From Acanthaster planci (taxonomy: Eukaryota): DNA of 64,000 bases. Within the stretch, counting starts at the first letter, position 1. Each line of letters starts with the position of its first letter. The position numbers and the translations under genes were made by a program. The stretch covers positions 2,379,107 to 2,443,106 of the forward strand of contig NW_019091355.1 of assembly GCF_001949145.1 (NCBI RefSeq), read 5' to 3'. Positions 38,214 to 51,538 of the stretch are shown here, one piece after another. The notes beneath the pieces were generated by a model, which was given only the letters and a program-made list of their open reading frames with translations, searched no databases and was not told the DNA's origin.

Positions 38214-38734
38214 GTTGATGCAAGCTTCCTAAAGTAACAGTTGTGTTGATGGACCACCTTGCTTTACACTTCAGCCTCAGTGAATGGGAAGATCCCGACA
38301 AATTCAAACCACTGGTAAGACGGAACTTGTCTTTGGGGTGTCAGTTTCACCAACTAACACTCTATTCATCATGCAGTAATGTCTGGTCTCAGAATCAAAC
38401 TACCACAACAAGTTGCTGTTACTTGAACGAAATGATTTTTTGATAATTGCCTTCCTCTTTCATTTTTTTAGAACGTTTCCTAAACGACAACGGTCAGCTC
38501 CCTGCCAAGCTTCCAGAGAGCCTCCTACCTTTCAGCACTGGACGCCGTGTCTGCCTCGGCGAGGACTTCGCTAAGAAGGAAGTCTTTCTGCTCTTCATCT
38601 GGCTCTTCAGCCGGTATGCCTTCTACAGAGTACCAGGCAAAGAGAAGGAAACTTTGCTGAGGTAAAACAAGAAAGTGATCCTTGCTCATTGGCCGTGTGA
38701 TGACATCGACATCTGCCTTAAAAGACGCTTCTAG
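38214..38734 (+). pseudogene. Orphan P450 exon 8-9 remnant
   Basis: Exon 8 homologue (38214-~38314) has TGA in place of Gly and 2 extra nt before the donor. Exon 9 homologue (38472-38734) has an in-frame TAA at 38663-38665. No exons 1-7 were found upstream. Confidence 0.85.
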
Positions 38735-39832
38735 TCTCATTGAAAAGGACCGAAGCGAAAACAGGCAATATGTTGTATCTTTCCAAAATTTTTATATAGT
38801 TACGTAATTGTCCCGTCTGTTTTTGTCCTGTCCATATTTGCCCTGCCTGTCCCCGTGGAGGTCGTTGAGGGCACTGTCCGGTTAGCCCCGTACATTAGGC
38901 GGTACATTTCTGCCCAGCGGGCCTGCCCCCCGATCCGGTCGTAGGTTTTCCGGAGGGAGTACCACTCGAGTTACCGCCGGGGGGAACGCTTGTAGTCCGG
39001 GGTATACCGGTAATTCCGCCACAATATCACACACACATACTTGTGGGGTATTTCCTTTGTTGTCGTGCACAAAACTTCCACACAACACGGAAACAATGCC
39101 AAATCACTGCCATTTCAACCAAATTCAGTTTCCTGGGTTGAAATTTCGACTGTATGTCCCTTATATAAAACACTTCAATTTGCGACGGATGAATGGCACT
39201 TGAAAATTCTTCATTTTTGAGTAAATTTGAATATTTATTTCGTGAAATCTTGTGGGATACCCCTTTAGTACCCCAGAAGGATCAAAACTAACTTTGTGGG
39301 GTACCTTCCATTGTTCTGGTACCCCACATGGCACCATGTACATGTACAAGCGCACCCACACACAGCCACACATACCTGTTTTACATACAAAGTGTGGACT
39401 TTCCTTTGTTCTTCTGTTGTTAAGAAAACTTGAGGAAAATGCACCTCTTTCTCTATCTAGGACTCTCCTTCGAGCATTTTTAATATTTGGGTAAACGGGA
39501 CAACGTCCTCACCTGGCAACCTGACATACCAAAAACAATTTTTTGAACGGCATTGGTAAGTTGTTTGATCTCCTTTCGGTCGATGCTGTAGTTAGCGTGA
39601 CTCACACTACACGAGAAGCAAATAAAAATCGAATGATAAGAAGGAACGACGGTTGTCGCAGTGATGGCGTTGATTGAAGGCTACGGTGTTGACAGATTGG
39701 TCCGTAACGCGACATGTTCGAGTGAATCTATTCATATTCATAATCTCTGCTACCTCGAGCTGACTCAACAGTGCATGATATAAGTAGCTATCACGTAGCT
39801 GCACTGTCGAGCATCGCATCAGGAGCTGAAAA

Positions 39833-42800
39833 ATGGAAGTCAACGGAGACGTTTACCTGAATGTGACCACGCTCTTGGTGGCTGTAGGAACCCTGATTGC
39901 CTACGCCCTGTACAAAAGCATCAAGCGGCCTGCAGGCTTCCCGCCAGGGCCACCCGCACTACCGTTTGTCGGAAACATTCCTCGTAAGTTCCAATTAGAT
40001 GTGCGTCATTATTGTAGGCCAACTAAATGCACTTAGGCCTACATCACTACCAACACGTATGCCATCTGGCACGGCTAACGACCTCGGTGTTCAACCGTTA
40101 CAAAGATTATAACAAACGAAAGAGCGAGTTCCATAGACACCCTGTTGACAAGCCTGATGACTCTGGTCGGAGAAATTCCAAGTGCTTCTAAGTTAATGCT
40201 TCAATATTTTACCTGCTAAATTTGATTTTGTCATGTTATCGCTTTCTCATGTTGATATGACTACAACAAACTTTACTGACCGTATCTGGAATTCTTACCG
40301 TTAGTACGTGGATTGGGTAAGGTCATCTTGAGGTAATCTTGAAAAAAGTGCACTCCTTCCAAACAAAGTCTGGCGGAGTGATGATTGTTTTGGTACTACC
40401 TGCATGCGTACGTGTATGTATACTTTATAAATAATACAAATCATATTAATCTTGTTAATCATGTTTCCAATTTGATTCTCATTTGTCCCTTCTCGATTTC
40501 CAGAGTTTTACTTCGCAAACACCACTCAACAAGGAGTATTCAACGAGCTCTGGCAGAAATACGGAGCAGTCTATTCCTTGAAGTTTGCCAGCGGGGACGT
40601 TGTCGTGTTGAACACCATTGATGTGGTCAAAGAGGCTTTGGTCAAGAAAGCTGTGGTGTTTGCTGGACGTCCTGAAACCTACTCACGTTAGTCAAGTGGT
40701 ACCGTGGGGCGAATCGATGGAACCAGTTCATTTTTTAGTTAATCTACCAGATTGTCAAGACTTAAAATGCCAAATTACATTCTCCTGGATGAAAATACAC
40801 CAATTTGAGCAGAATGTTTGAAAGTTGTACGTGATTCGAGGATCACTCACTATTTTCCATGGTGATCGGCCTGAAACGATGGTAGTATGGTGGGCCTAAA
40901 ATATCGTGTTGTAGAGTTCAGGAAAGTGAGTATTTTTCATTCAACACTGAAGGTGTTAACAAGTCAAGCACTCCAGCTTTGAGTTTGTTTTCGAAACATG
41001 GAAATTACTAATTAAATTTACCAGAGATTTTTACGAAATTTTCAGTCCTCACGTTTCCTGCTCCATTCTGTGCTTTGCTTCTGTTTGTAGTTGGATTGTT
41101 CACCGACGGTTTCAAGGACATTGTTTTCTCGACCTATGGCCCCCAGTGGCGTTACCAACGCAAACTTGGCCACACTGCCATCAGGTAAACAACAAGGTGT
41201 GGGAATCAAGGACTTTCGATCCGTGGCTCTAATTGTTACATTCACACACTGGAGGAAAGACTTTAAACAATTATGTAGGTAAAGTTGATGTGAATATAAT
41301 GCTACCCTTTAGCAAAATAGTTCACAGCTGTAAAAAAAAAAATGACTGAAGGGCAAATAAAGTACTGGTGGATGATAATGAAAATTGTGGCACTGATTGA
41401 AAGAATCACCACAACTCGTTACAAAAGCCGACATGAAAGGTTTGCGTGAAATGTTATTCAGGTGGCATGGTAAAAATTGAATAGGTTGTTGTTTCCGTTT
41501 TTATCAAACAGAATTTGTCGAAAGCATTACGGTAGAATTTGTTCTAATCGCCCAGTTTACAAGAAAAGGAAAGAGAAGTATAGTTTTTACATATTAACGT
41601 CCACACGTATCTTTACCTCTGAAACATCTAATGGCAGGCACTTTGCACAGAAGGAGCGTTTGGAGCAACTTGTTTCAGCCGTCACCCCAGGAATTGCCAA
41701 GATTCTGGATGAAATGGGAGACAAGCCATTCGCTCCCAAATGGACGATCGGCCAGATAGTGTACAACATCTTGGGCACCCTGTGCTTTGCTAAGACGTGA
41801 GTATAATGATTTCTCTATGTAGCATTTCTACTGTACAACAGCAGCAGCTTGAACACAAATCGTCATCACAGTCTCATTACATTGCAGTGATGCGGCATTA
41901 AATGCAACCATCAACATATTCTTATTTTACATGGTCAAGTAACCAACAACTTTTTGGACACCTGTGGCCTGTAGGCCATTTTGGACAACTAACATGTATG
42001 CATTTGATATTAAGTATCCCCAGCAACTTTAAAAAAAAATCAGCAAAGGTAGTCACCTAAATTTCAAATACTAGCTGAAATACCACTGAATGCACAAAAA
42101 CTTTTTGCATGGCCAACATAGTGCCACATGACCACAACGCTCGAACAAAGATAGGCCTAGTACAATCAAAATCAATAACCCTCTTCAATCTTTACCCCCT
42201 ACAAAAGCAAACATGCTCACCCGATCCTCTTTGCTCTGTTAACAAAAAGCTACCAACACGGTGTTTGCCCAACACATGACGTTGTTAGTACACGAGCAAG
42301 TCTGTTTAGAACATCGAATGATACACCTGACTGTTATTCGTCGTTTAACACGAGATCATTGAGATGACAGTTTTTCATTCTGTGTTGAGACTCATTCCAT
42401 CTTCCTGTCCGCTCGAGATTCCAAAGTACGTCTCATGTACTTGAAAGAGGCATGTGCATTTGTACTTGCGAGGGGGCCTGTTCTGATAAAGCACAGTGAC
42501 CTATTGTACGTATCTGGTACGTGTACATGATAGGTGACCCCATTTATCAGAGCAATTAAGCTCCAAAAAGGAACTTCACTTGCGCAATAGGTGTTAAGGC
42601 AGCAGTAACACCTGTAAATTTCCACCCTTATGTAGCATGCATGCACCTTTGCTCATCAGCTCAGGTTCACTGCCTACACCCACCTTCACCCTTACAGTGA
42701 TTATTACTGATAGGTTGAAACTCTTGTTCCAAAAACTAGAGGTTTCAGAAATGAAACATGAGAACAGTGTATACGTATATTCACAGCTGTGCCAGTGATG

Positions 42801-45800
42801 TTCATTTTGCAGTAGAATAACAAGTATGGGTGGTCAACAATAATTGGAAGCCAGTCAAGGAAACTATTCAATTATTAATTATATTTGGCTGTTGATTTAG
42901 ACCACGCACTAGGATATCGTTAATAAATTTTATTTAGTCACTTTGTTAGAACATTACGTCTTGGGATACAAGAATAGTTTGCTACAGTGTCAAAAAATGC
43001 AGTAATTAAGGCTCCTTGTGCACATGTGTCAGACTTATGAGTTTTTTCCAAAGCATCCATATTCTCGACCTGTTGTTTTTCAGGTACAAATTTAACGATC
43101 CCGATTTGCTGAATTGGATTGATGTCAACACTGAACTCAACAAAGCATTTGGAAATGGTCTGCCAGGGGATTTCATAACCATTTTCCAGTACATCCCAAC
43201 TCCTGCCGATACCAAGTTAAAGCGTCTGCTGAAGCCCTTCAGGCAAATGTTCCAAGAGGAGTTCCAGAGACACCGTGACACCTTTGACCCGGGTAATATC
43301 ACATCAGATCAAAATTCAACAAACTGATACTTGTTTTACTGTTGTTTCCTATAAATAATCAAACGACTGAGTGGGGTTTTGCAAACGCTACATAAGCTTC
43401 CTAAAACTCCTGTCAAAACCTCTTTTTCATCAAAGAAAGTGGCTTTCCGGGCTTTGGGACCGGCCAGTGTTTTTCCTAAAGTGGAAGTGGATTCAGCTAG
43501 CATGCTTTGCTAGACAGCTACATACACATAACTGTAGCAATTGACAGTGCATCAACATTTGCATGCCCTAGTTTCCGTGGGTGTTGCATCATGGAGGAAT
43601 TATTCCTCCATGGTTGCACAGAATGCTTCGGGTAACGTGTCCGAAATTTGGGCTTCAAGATCTACGGCTGGGTCTATTGTCTCCGCGTCTCTGCATGTTT
43701 TCAATGGAGTTTAGACCTAGACCAAGCTCTAGCCAACAGATTCGGATGTGCTGTATTATTAACGTGGCCAGACCCATATACCACGTGCAGATTGGAATCA
43801 GTGTTATGCACAGACAGGCTAGCGTCTATGTTGCCAGAAGAGTAGAGTCGGATGTTAATTAATGCTTTCAGGTTACACGCATGCGTCAAAGAATTCGGAA
43901 GTTGTTTGTGTGCTGTTTTTGGCCAGCATCATTTTGTGGATGTCCTGTTTGTAACGACATATGTCAACACAATTTCGTGTCCATCCGTAGAGAATATCCG
44001 TGACTTCTTTGACTCGTTGTTGCTGACCCAGAAGGAGAACATTGAAGCTGGAGAGGAAGGAGCTGATCGTCTGACAGATACGCACCTCATCCAAACTGTC
44101 ATGGACATTTTTGGAGGTATACTCAAGAGAACTCAGCAAATTCAGGTTTCCTAAGATCTTCTCTTCTCCCAGCCGATACCATCTTCAACAGTCTTTTGAA
44201 ACTTGGCTCGAGTTTAAGAGCATCCATTATGAGCAGAAGTGTGAGAATGAAATTCAACTCAGTGTAGGGTATCGTTATTATTGTTTTTCATGGTTCACTC
44301 TCTAACACGTCAGCTAATTCATCAGTGGGAAGGTCTTCGGCTTACCTGTCCACTGTCAAAGTGAATATGTTATGAGAATAGTGTGGTCGACTCCTATAAA
44401 ACTAATGTTTAATACCCACGAAACATGAATAAATGCATTGTGACGTATCTGAGAAAATGTCAGAGAATCTTTTTTTCCGTCTCACAGCGGGAACAGAAAC
44501 CACCATTCTCACCCTCCACTGGGGCGTACTCCTCATGGCCGAGTATCCTGAAATCCAGAAAAAGGTTGCAATGGAAATCGATGAGGTCATAGGTCATGAC
44601 AGGATGCCCTCATTGACCGACAGGGGCTCTTTGCCGTTCACTGAAGCCACCCTTCTGGAGATATTCCGGTATGGTACCGTGGCACCACTTGGCGTTCCGC
44701 ATTCTGTGATGGAAGACACAACACTGGGTATGTACTGCCTATCTAGTTTATCCATTAAGAGCCAAAATAAATGAAGATCTGGGCCGTACTACTAAAAACA
44801 AATTGACATCATAGTGAATTTCTATTATGGTCATGGTCGTGTAGTCGATATCAAATAGTTATTACTGTGACAATTCAGAAATGTTAAAATAATAAATGCA
44901 CTTTGTATCTCAAGGATCTTATATGGTGTTCTAAAAATGCACGTTTCGTCGAGCTGTTGCGTCAGGGTGTCGTGCCATCACGTCATGCCTTGGCCTGTTT
45001 CCTCAATACTATTGAAAATCCATTGCAGCGTGTCGCGTTGTGCCGTCGCCCTTTGCGTCCTATTGCAATGTCTGAATCGGTACTGAGAAAACAGGCGACG
45101 GCACGGCGTCACCGACGACGCCACGACGCGATGCACATCGTCATCTTCAGAACACATACAAGGATGCAATTATGACAAGACAGAACCGAAGTTCAGTAAA
45201 TAAACGCACAGGGTAGGCCTATTGGGTCGAATGAGATGCTTTCCGACGTCTCCGAAGACAAAAAGTACATGTTGGCAGCAGAAACAAAGCACTGCAAATT
45301 CCACACCCTTGTCAAGTCGTTAAGAACGTTACATATCCCTCTTTCTTTGTTCCTGGTCTGTCAGTGTTCAAAACAAATGTGGCAAGAAACTTAACATAAC
45401 AATGTCAAGACCGTTTGCCAATAAGGTATTTCTGGACTCAGCCGTGGCCAAATAGATTCAAGTGTGTCACAATTAAAGCAGGCTTCCATGAACCTGCTGA
45501 AGTCTTTTTGCTTCCTCATCCAGGTGAATACAAACTCCCGAAGGATACCACTGTGATAATCAACCACCTCGCCCTTCACTTCAGTGCAACCGAGTGGGAG
45601 GAGCCGAAAAAGTTCAAACCAGGTAACATATAGGAATTGACCCTTAAAGAGCCAGGGGCGGAATCTACCCCAACATTTCGCCCAGTATCGTCAAAGTAGG
45701 TTTTTTTTTTACGATCTGGGCCTTTGGGAATTCTTAAGTAGCTGTTTGCAGTCATTCTGACACCAATTTTGTAGCACCCATTTTTCCGAGACAGGTCAGC

Positions 45801-46548
45801 CAAAAATGTATACTTCCCCCCGCCGAGTTCAGTGCACGAAAGCTGATAGACTTGAACTTCGACTGAATGCATACGGATGTGAGACCGGTGGCTGGAGCAT
45901 AAAATGGCTTAATTGGCTTGGGTTGCTAGTTATGATGGGGTGATAAGGGGTGGATACCGGATGTTGCCTGGGTTGATGGTTTGGGTGGGGTTGGGGTGGC
46001 ATCTTCGCCTCTTTCACGCTTCACCAATTCCACACCACCAAGTCGAGCTCTCCATTTTACTTGGCATCTCTCCCAAGGACGACCAGAGCATCCTGGTCAA
46101 AACGTCGAGTTCACATGCACTCACCTGCTCTCAGAACCACTACTCTTTTAGAATTGATAGATTCCACATGTGTACCCGCGACCTTTCTCTCGGTCTAGCC
46201 TCCACAGTACAAAGTTTTACGTTTTACCTAACCTATGTTCTGAAAACCAGAAACTCTAAATATGCTGTCTTGTTCCAATATTTAGAACGTTTCCTAAACG
46301 ACAACGGTCAGCTCCCTGCCAGGCTTCCAGAGAGCCTCCTACCTTTCAGCACTGGGCGCCGTGTCTGCCTCGGCGAGGACTTCGCTAAGAAGGAAGTCTT
46401 TCTGCTCTTCACCTGGCTCTTCAGCCGGTATACCTTCTACAAAGTACCAGGCAAAGAGAAGGAAACTGTACTGAAGTTGAATGACGCACTTGGCTTTGCT
46501 CACCAGCCCCTCGATGATATCGAGGTCTGCGTTAAAACACGACTATAA
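39833..46548 (+). CDS. Cytochrome P450, CYP17A1-like (P450-4), 9 exons, 507 aa
   Basis: Exons 39833-39983, 40504-40686, 41091-41184, 41638-41796, 43084-43292, 43991-44116, 44488-44727, 45524-45622, 46286-46548. Closest to P450-3, including introns. Confidence 0.93.
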
Positions 46549-48661
46549 TTCAAATGGCTTTGAGAAAAATTGTTCAGAACAGTAGTGCACTTAGTCAAAG
46601 TTTTGGACCAAAGACGGCTTTAACAATCTTGAGTAGGGTTCTTTTATGATTACAACATCATTTGCTGATAAGGCTAACGTACGAATTCACCACCCCCACT
46701 ATCAGTTGTGTATCATGGAAGGTGGCACATAACATCTCTCTTAAAGGAGTCTTTAGAAATTCACCTTCAAGTGTGTCCCAATCAGAAGTGTTCCGAGTCA
46801 GGATTTAGAATTCAACCCCTTTCGTAGGGAAGTATCAAATTACTGCGTTGTTGATTCTCCTATACCTTGCATCACATTGACAGGTACTTCCACATTATCT
46901 ACCAACTTAGAGCCTAAAATAGCTTGGAGTGAGCCGTAACCATGTACCCAATAAAGTTGTGAAGGTCATGCTGGAATACCCTTTATGACACATTCAAGCT
47001 GGGAGTTATAGTTAGATATTTTTGTCGAAATGGTTACACTGGTGAACTGGCAAATATGCATCTATTGGCAGTTTCAAAATTTTTTACTAGTGCGTAAACC
47101 TTTAGCTGTCATTCAAAGATTCAGGCCCCAAAAAACTTGATTCACTAGCATTATCTCAGCAGGAAAGGGTAAGCACCCGCAACGGTCCTTCATTGTAAAC
47201 TTGCTGTTAACCGAGCTGTTTCAAGTATCAGCCAATTCAAAAACCTGAGTCAGAAATATTGAATTAGGGTCAAGAGTTGCCTAAATCTCTAATGAAGTGT
47301 AAGAATCAGCAACATGGTCAAGTTCCAATATTTTGGTAAAGTTGTTTTGAAAATACTGCTGAAAGTTCGAATCAAAATTTCTCTGATCCATTTTCAGTAC
47401 ATAGGTGTGGCAAGCTTGTGTGATGTATGGCCTTGAGATATCCTTCACATTTGAAACAGAAACTTTGACTCACTCAGGGGATCTTCGAGCTTCGACATTA
47501 CATGCGTAAACGGTCATTCCATCCGTCATCCCAGTGTGTAAAAAATAGATGCTGATCTCTCGATCGTTTTGAAGTTCATGATTCTTCTTCTATTTTAGCT
47601 TATACCGTAGTATAGAATTTGAACAGGTTGACATGGTAGTTCTAATTAGTAGAAAAAGAGTAACCCTTTTTGGAAACTACTTCATTTGTTCTATTCCACA
47701 AACGTAATGATCTAAAGACTTTTTATACCTGCTTTGTAGTATAACATAATAATAATTGCATCTGTATTGTGGTAAATACCTTCAAATAAAGCAGTAGCTT
47801 TTCAAAAGGTAAACATCACAGATTGGGGAGATCTAGCATTCAGAAAATGCCGGGGGCGGTGGGGTTGATCAGCGTACTGAAGGGGTGCCCTAAACGGGGG
47901 TCCAAAAGAATCATACACCGTTCCTTATGTCCGAGGAGCTGTGATCACATCAGAACTGTACACAGAACATTGCGACGCTCAGGAATCAGTCATCCGGTCG
48001 GCATGATTTTTTTCCGAGTGGTCCGCTGTGACGTTGTCTTCAGGACATCAACCCTAACAGTCCCAAATCCTCCTATATTTCAATATGATTTTACATACAC
48101 CCTAGGGAGTTAGAGGTAAACATACATTCAAATCGCTATTTGAACAAGATGGCCAAATATAGAACTCAACCACGAGACCATTTCCGATTTGAAGGGGAAA
48201 TTTCTCTTTTCTTTCCAAATGTTAGAAAACATTATCATCATTATTGAAATCCCCGATTCTCACTTGACCCATAAGCCGGGCGCATCATCGTTGGACAGTT
48301 TAATGACCATTTTGGAGGTGAATTCGGAGGATTTTGATTCAGGGTACGCCTAGGCTACTAAATGAATCAATGAAAGCAACAGCCTATGGAAGGCATACTT
48401 GGACCCTACTTGCCCGACCCTGTACTCTGAAAGTTACAAAGGGCAATTTGTAGGGTCCAAGTTACTCGCATTAACATATTGCCATGAAGGAAGACGAAGA
48501 CAGGTCTTTCCGTCTTCTCCATTTTGTTTCCACAACTGTTCCCTTTGTCCTCAGCAGTAAATTTTCAATCAGCTGCAGAGAACTTGACTTTGCCAAATTT
48601 GCCCAAACTTCCTTGCAAACTTAAAATCAAGTTTTGTGGCTCTTACCATGCGCGTCGAAAG

Positions 48662-48674
48662 AGGTCGGAGGTCG
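48662..48674 (+). promoter_or_regulatory. Candidate nuclear-receptor DR1-like element (also at 57117-57129)
   Basis: AGGTCG-G-AGGTCG, identical upstream of P450-5 and P450-6 and followed by TTATAGA. Confidence 0.3.
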
Positions 48675-50140
48675 AGTTTTATAGACTGGTACATGGTGCA
48701 CGGAAACCGCAATTGGAAACTAACCTCGTTCCCATGGGTGAGATCTTGTCACACCATGTGGTTGTCACCATGCCTTGCGCGATCAAGTTAGTGAAGGAAC
48801 GCGCACGCAGCCCATCCCCATGGAGTCGAGGTTGACGGGAAACTGTGCACTGATTGCATGTTCGTGTGGACATGTAATGTACGTCACGCAAGTCTCCTCT
48901 TTGGTGTCGTAATTACGGAAGCATCTAGCAAAATGTGACGACCTGCCACCACTGTACCAGGAGTGGAGGAGGTTTTGTCTGTGATTTCCAAACAACGCAG
49001 GTGGGAACTGAAAAAATGGAAGTCAGTGCAGACGTTTACCTGAATTCGACCACGCTCTTGGTGGCTGTAGGAACCTTGGTTGCCTACGCACTGTACAGAA
49101 GCACCAAACGGCCCTCAGGCTTCCCACCCGGGCCAACTGCACTACCGCTTGTCGGAAATATTCCTCGTGAGTTCCTCAGGCTATCTTTTTAACGCCTCAT
49201 AATACATGTAGATGGCTTGGATATGTCAGGAGTGTTCCGGATTTCAGGGTTTCTATTTCAAGATTTTTTTGAATTTCAGGAGTTTTCAAACAATTTCTTT
49301 AAAAATTCGAAAGCTTTATAATTACAGCATCTATCAGTAACTTATAAGGTTTTTTACATTGAAGTTGATAGATAGCCCTATTCCAACATATGGAATGGGT
49401 ATTTCAGGGAGTGCCTTTAAGCAGGCACAAATGTATACCATAGATCCTATAGTACTCTGGGGCCCTTACGTTGAAACCTCTTGCGATTATTTCATTTATT
49501 TGTATTCAATCTCCTTTCCCCCTGATGTAAGTCATTTGCCAATTGTGTGTCAATCAGGCACTGTCCTAACATTATACGTCATCAGATGCACATCTACCAT
49601 AGTAGTCCCACCCCGGCTTCCCTATTGAAGATGAAGACCATGAAATAGCAGCCCGCCCCCCCCAAGTGCTCGAAAAATGAATTGTATCTTCAGTTTAAAT
49701 TTCAGTTGTCCTTTTTTCCATTTCCAGAGTTTTATTTTGCAAAATCCACCCTACAAGTCTTCAAAGATCTGTGGCAAAAATACGGAGCAGTGTACTCCTT
49801 GAAGTTTGCCAGCACCAATATTGTCGTTCTGAACACTATTGATGTGGTCAAAGAGGCATTTATCAAGAAAGCCACAGTGTTTGCTGGACGTCCTGAGTCA
49901 TACTCAAGTTAGTCCATTGGGAAAAAATCTGTCGAAACTCCATGCAGTAGTTTTAAGTTTCTTATTTAGTTATCCACCAAAATGTAAAGACTTTGAAAAA
50001 GTTATATTTAGTACATGTATATATTCTTGGTTGAAAAAAAAACATTATGGGTAGAATTTCTCAAATTTGCATATTATTCCAGGATTGCCCAACATTTTAT
50101 GTGGTGAGGGACAGAAAAGGTGGAGAAAATCGTGAAGAAT

Positions 50141-50958
50141 AGAGCCTGAAAATTGACCCCTGATGGCGCCTCTGGAACCCTTGGATAGGAAAAATAATAT
50201 GCGAAAATTTTAGAATTTGTAACATTTTTTGTTCAGTTACTTCTTTAAAAATCTGACTCAGAAAAAGGTCATTGGAAAATATTTGCAAGTATATCAATTT
50301 ATAGAAACTGAAAACTTTAAATCACCTGACCTAAAAGAGAAACATCCAGCCAAAAGCTGACCCATCACTTCCAAAAATCTAAAATACTTGAAGAACAGTG
50401 CAATGAGGCAGTCTTGTATGCAGATGAACATTTAGGTTAAAAATATTATGGTGGTCCGTCGGTAAAAGCCGAAATAAAAACAGATTGAAATATTTTACAT
50501 AGCTTTGAAATTTATAGATAATAAACTTAAAGCAGTATTCTACTTTAATTTCTAAAGATTGTAATCCTTTATCTAACCTTTGCTGATCACAACTTCATGA
50601 TGTCAACTCGACGAAATCCGAACCCATTAGACGGCAGGTAGGTTAATCTTTACAACGTTGTACAATCTCGTTTTCACGTAAGCACCGGCAGTGAAAACAA
50701 ACGTGTATGAACATAGAGACCTAGGTACGATATTGCCGGACGTTAAAGGTTGTTAAGAAAATTTGTTTTTTACCCATCTCCTGGTGACCTTTCCTAAATA
50801 TTACTTGAGGAAGACAAAGGTAAAATTCCAACATTGGTGTTTCATTGGGAGGTTTAGTGATAGGAATTATTCTTCCGAAAATTATCGAACGTAATAGGAC
50901 GGCCCACTGTAAAAATTCCCATAGGAGGGCGGTGCGAGACGTTTTACTTTCAGGCTCT
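50141..50958. mobile_element. 818-bp non-autonomous DNA transposon, AT TSD (ISL2EU/PHIS-like)
   Basis: TIR AGAGCCTGAAA / TTTCAGGCTCT flanked by AT. Absent from the paralogous P450-6 intron (GAAGAAT-TGTAGGCCTAG at ~58588-58605). Confidence 0.8.
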
Positions 50959-51314
50959 ATCGTAGGCCTAGTATGATTATTATTTTAATTAGTGTTTGGG
51001 AATTAGGAAGGTCATTGTTTTATATTGAACACAGAAGACGTCAACTAGTCAATCCCTCAAGCATTGATTTTTTTTTCCAATATGGAAATTACAATCTAGT
51101 TTGAGACTTTATGATATTTTATTTTTCTTATGGTTATGCAACATCTTGTGCTTTATTTCTGTGATTCTAGTTGGATTGTTCACTGACGGATTCAAGGACA
51201 TTGCCTTCTCAACATATGGCCCTCAATGGCGTTACCAACGCAAACTCGGCCACACTGCGATCAGGTATTACTGAGAATTTGTGGGGAACGAGGTCTGTCA
51301 GTCCATATCTCTAT

Positions 51315-51538
51315 AGACCTTTTTCATGTGATGTCACAATCGTGCTGGACCGCTATGTGTTGTGATGGTAATCTACTTATTCAAGATAAACTACTCAAGC
51401 GCGCAGCATTGGCACGTGTGCTTCCACGGCCACACGGTTGAAGCTGCCCGTAGGATTATGCAATCACCGTGGCTAGGAGGGTACACACGTGGTATTGTTA
51501 CATTTAGTGCAATATAGTCACGTGGGTGAAAAAGGTCT
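51315..51538. mobile_element. 224-bp MITE, AT TSD
   Basis: TIR AGACCTTTTTCA / TGAAAAAGGTCT. Empty site TATCTCTATAAGTTT at ~58924-58938. Confidence 0.8.

Noticed and set aside
38216..38218. In-frame TGA as a possible selenocysteine codon
   Set aside because: It replaces a Gly codon in a fragment that also has a frameshift, a TAA and no upstream exons.
38860..39000. HDV-like ribozyme on the minus strand (GGGGCTAACCGGAC resembles J4/2-P2)
   Set aside because: I could not build P1, P3 and P1.1 in the required order.
40154..40178. CTGATGA...GAAA as an intact hammerhead ribozyme
   Set aside because: There is no correct stem II closing pair or stems I/III, and the paralogous site near 28488 lacks the motif.
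45913..46548. 211-aa ORF as an independent gene
   Set aside because: It is intron 8 sequence running open into P450-4 exon 9. A canonical acceptor lies at 46284-46285.
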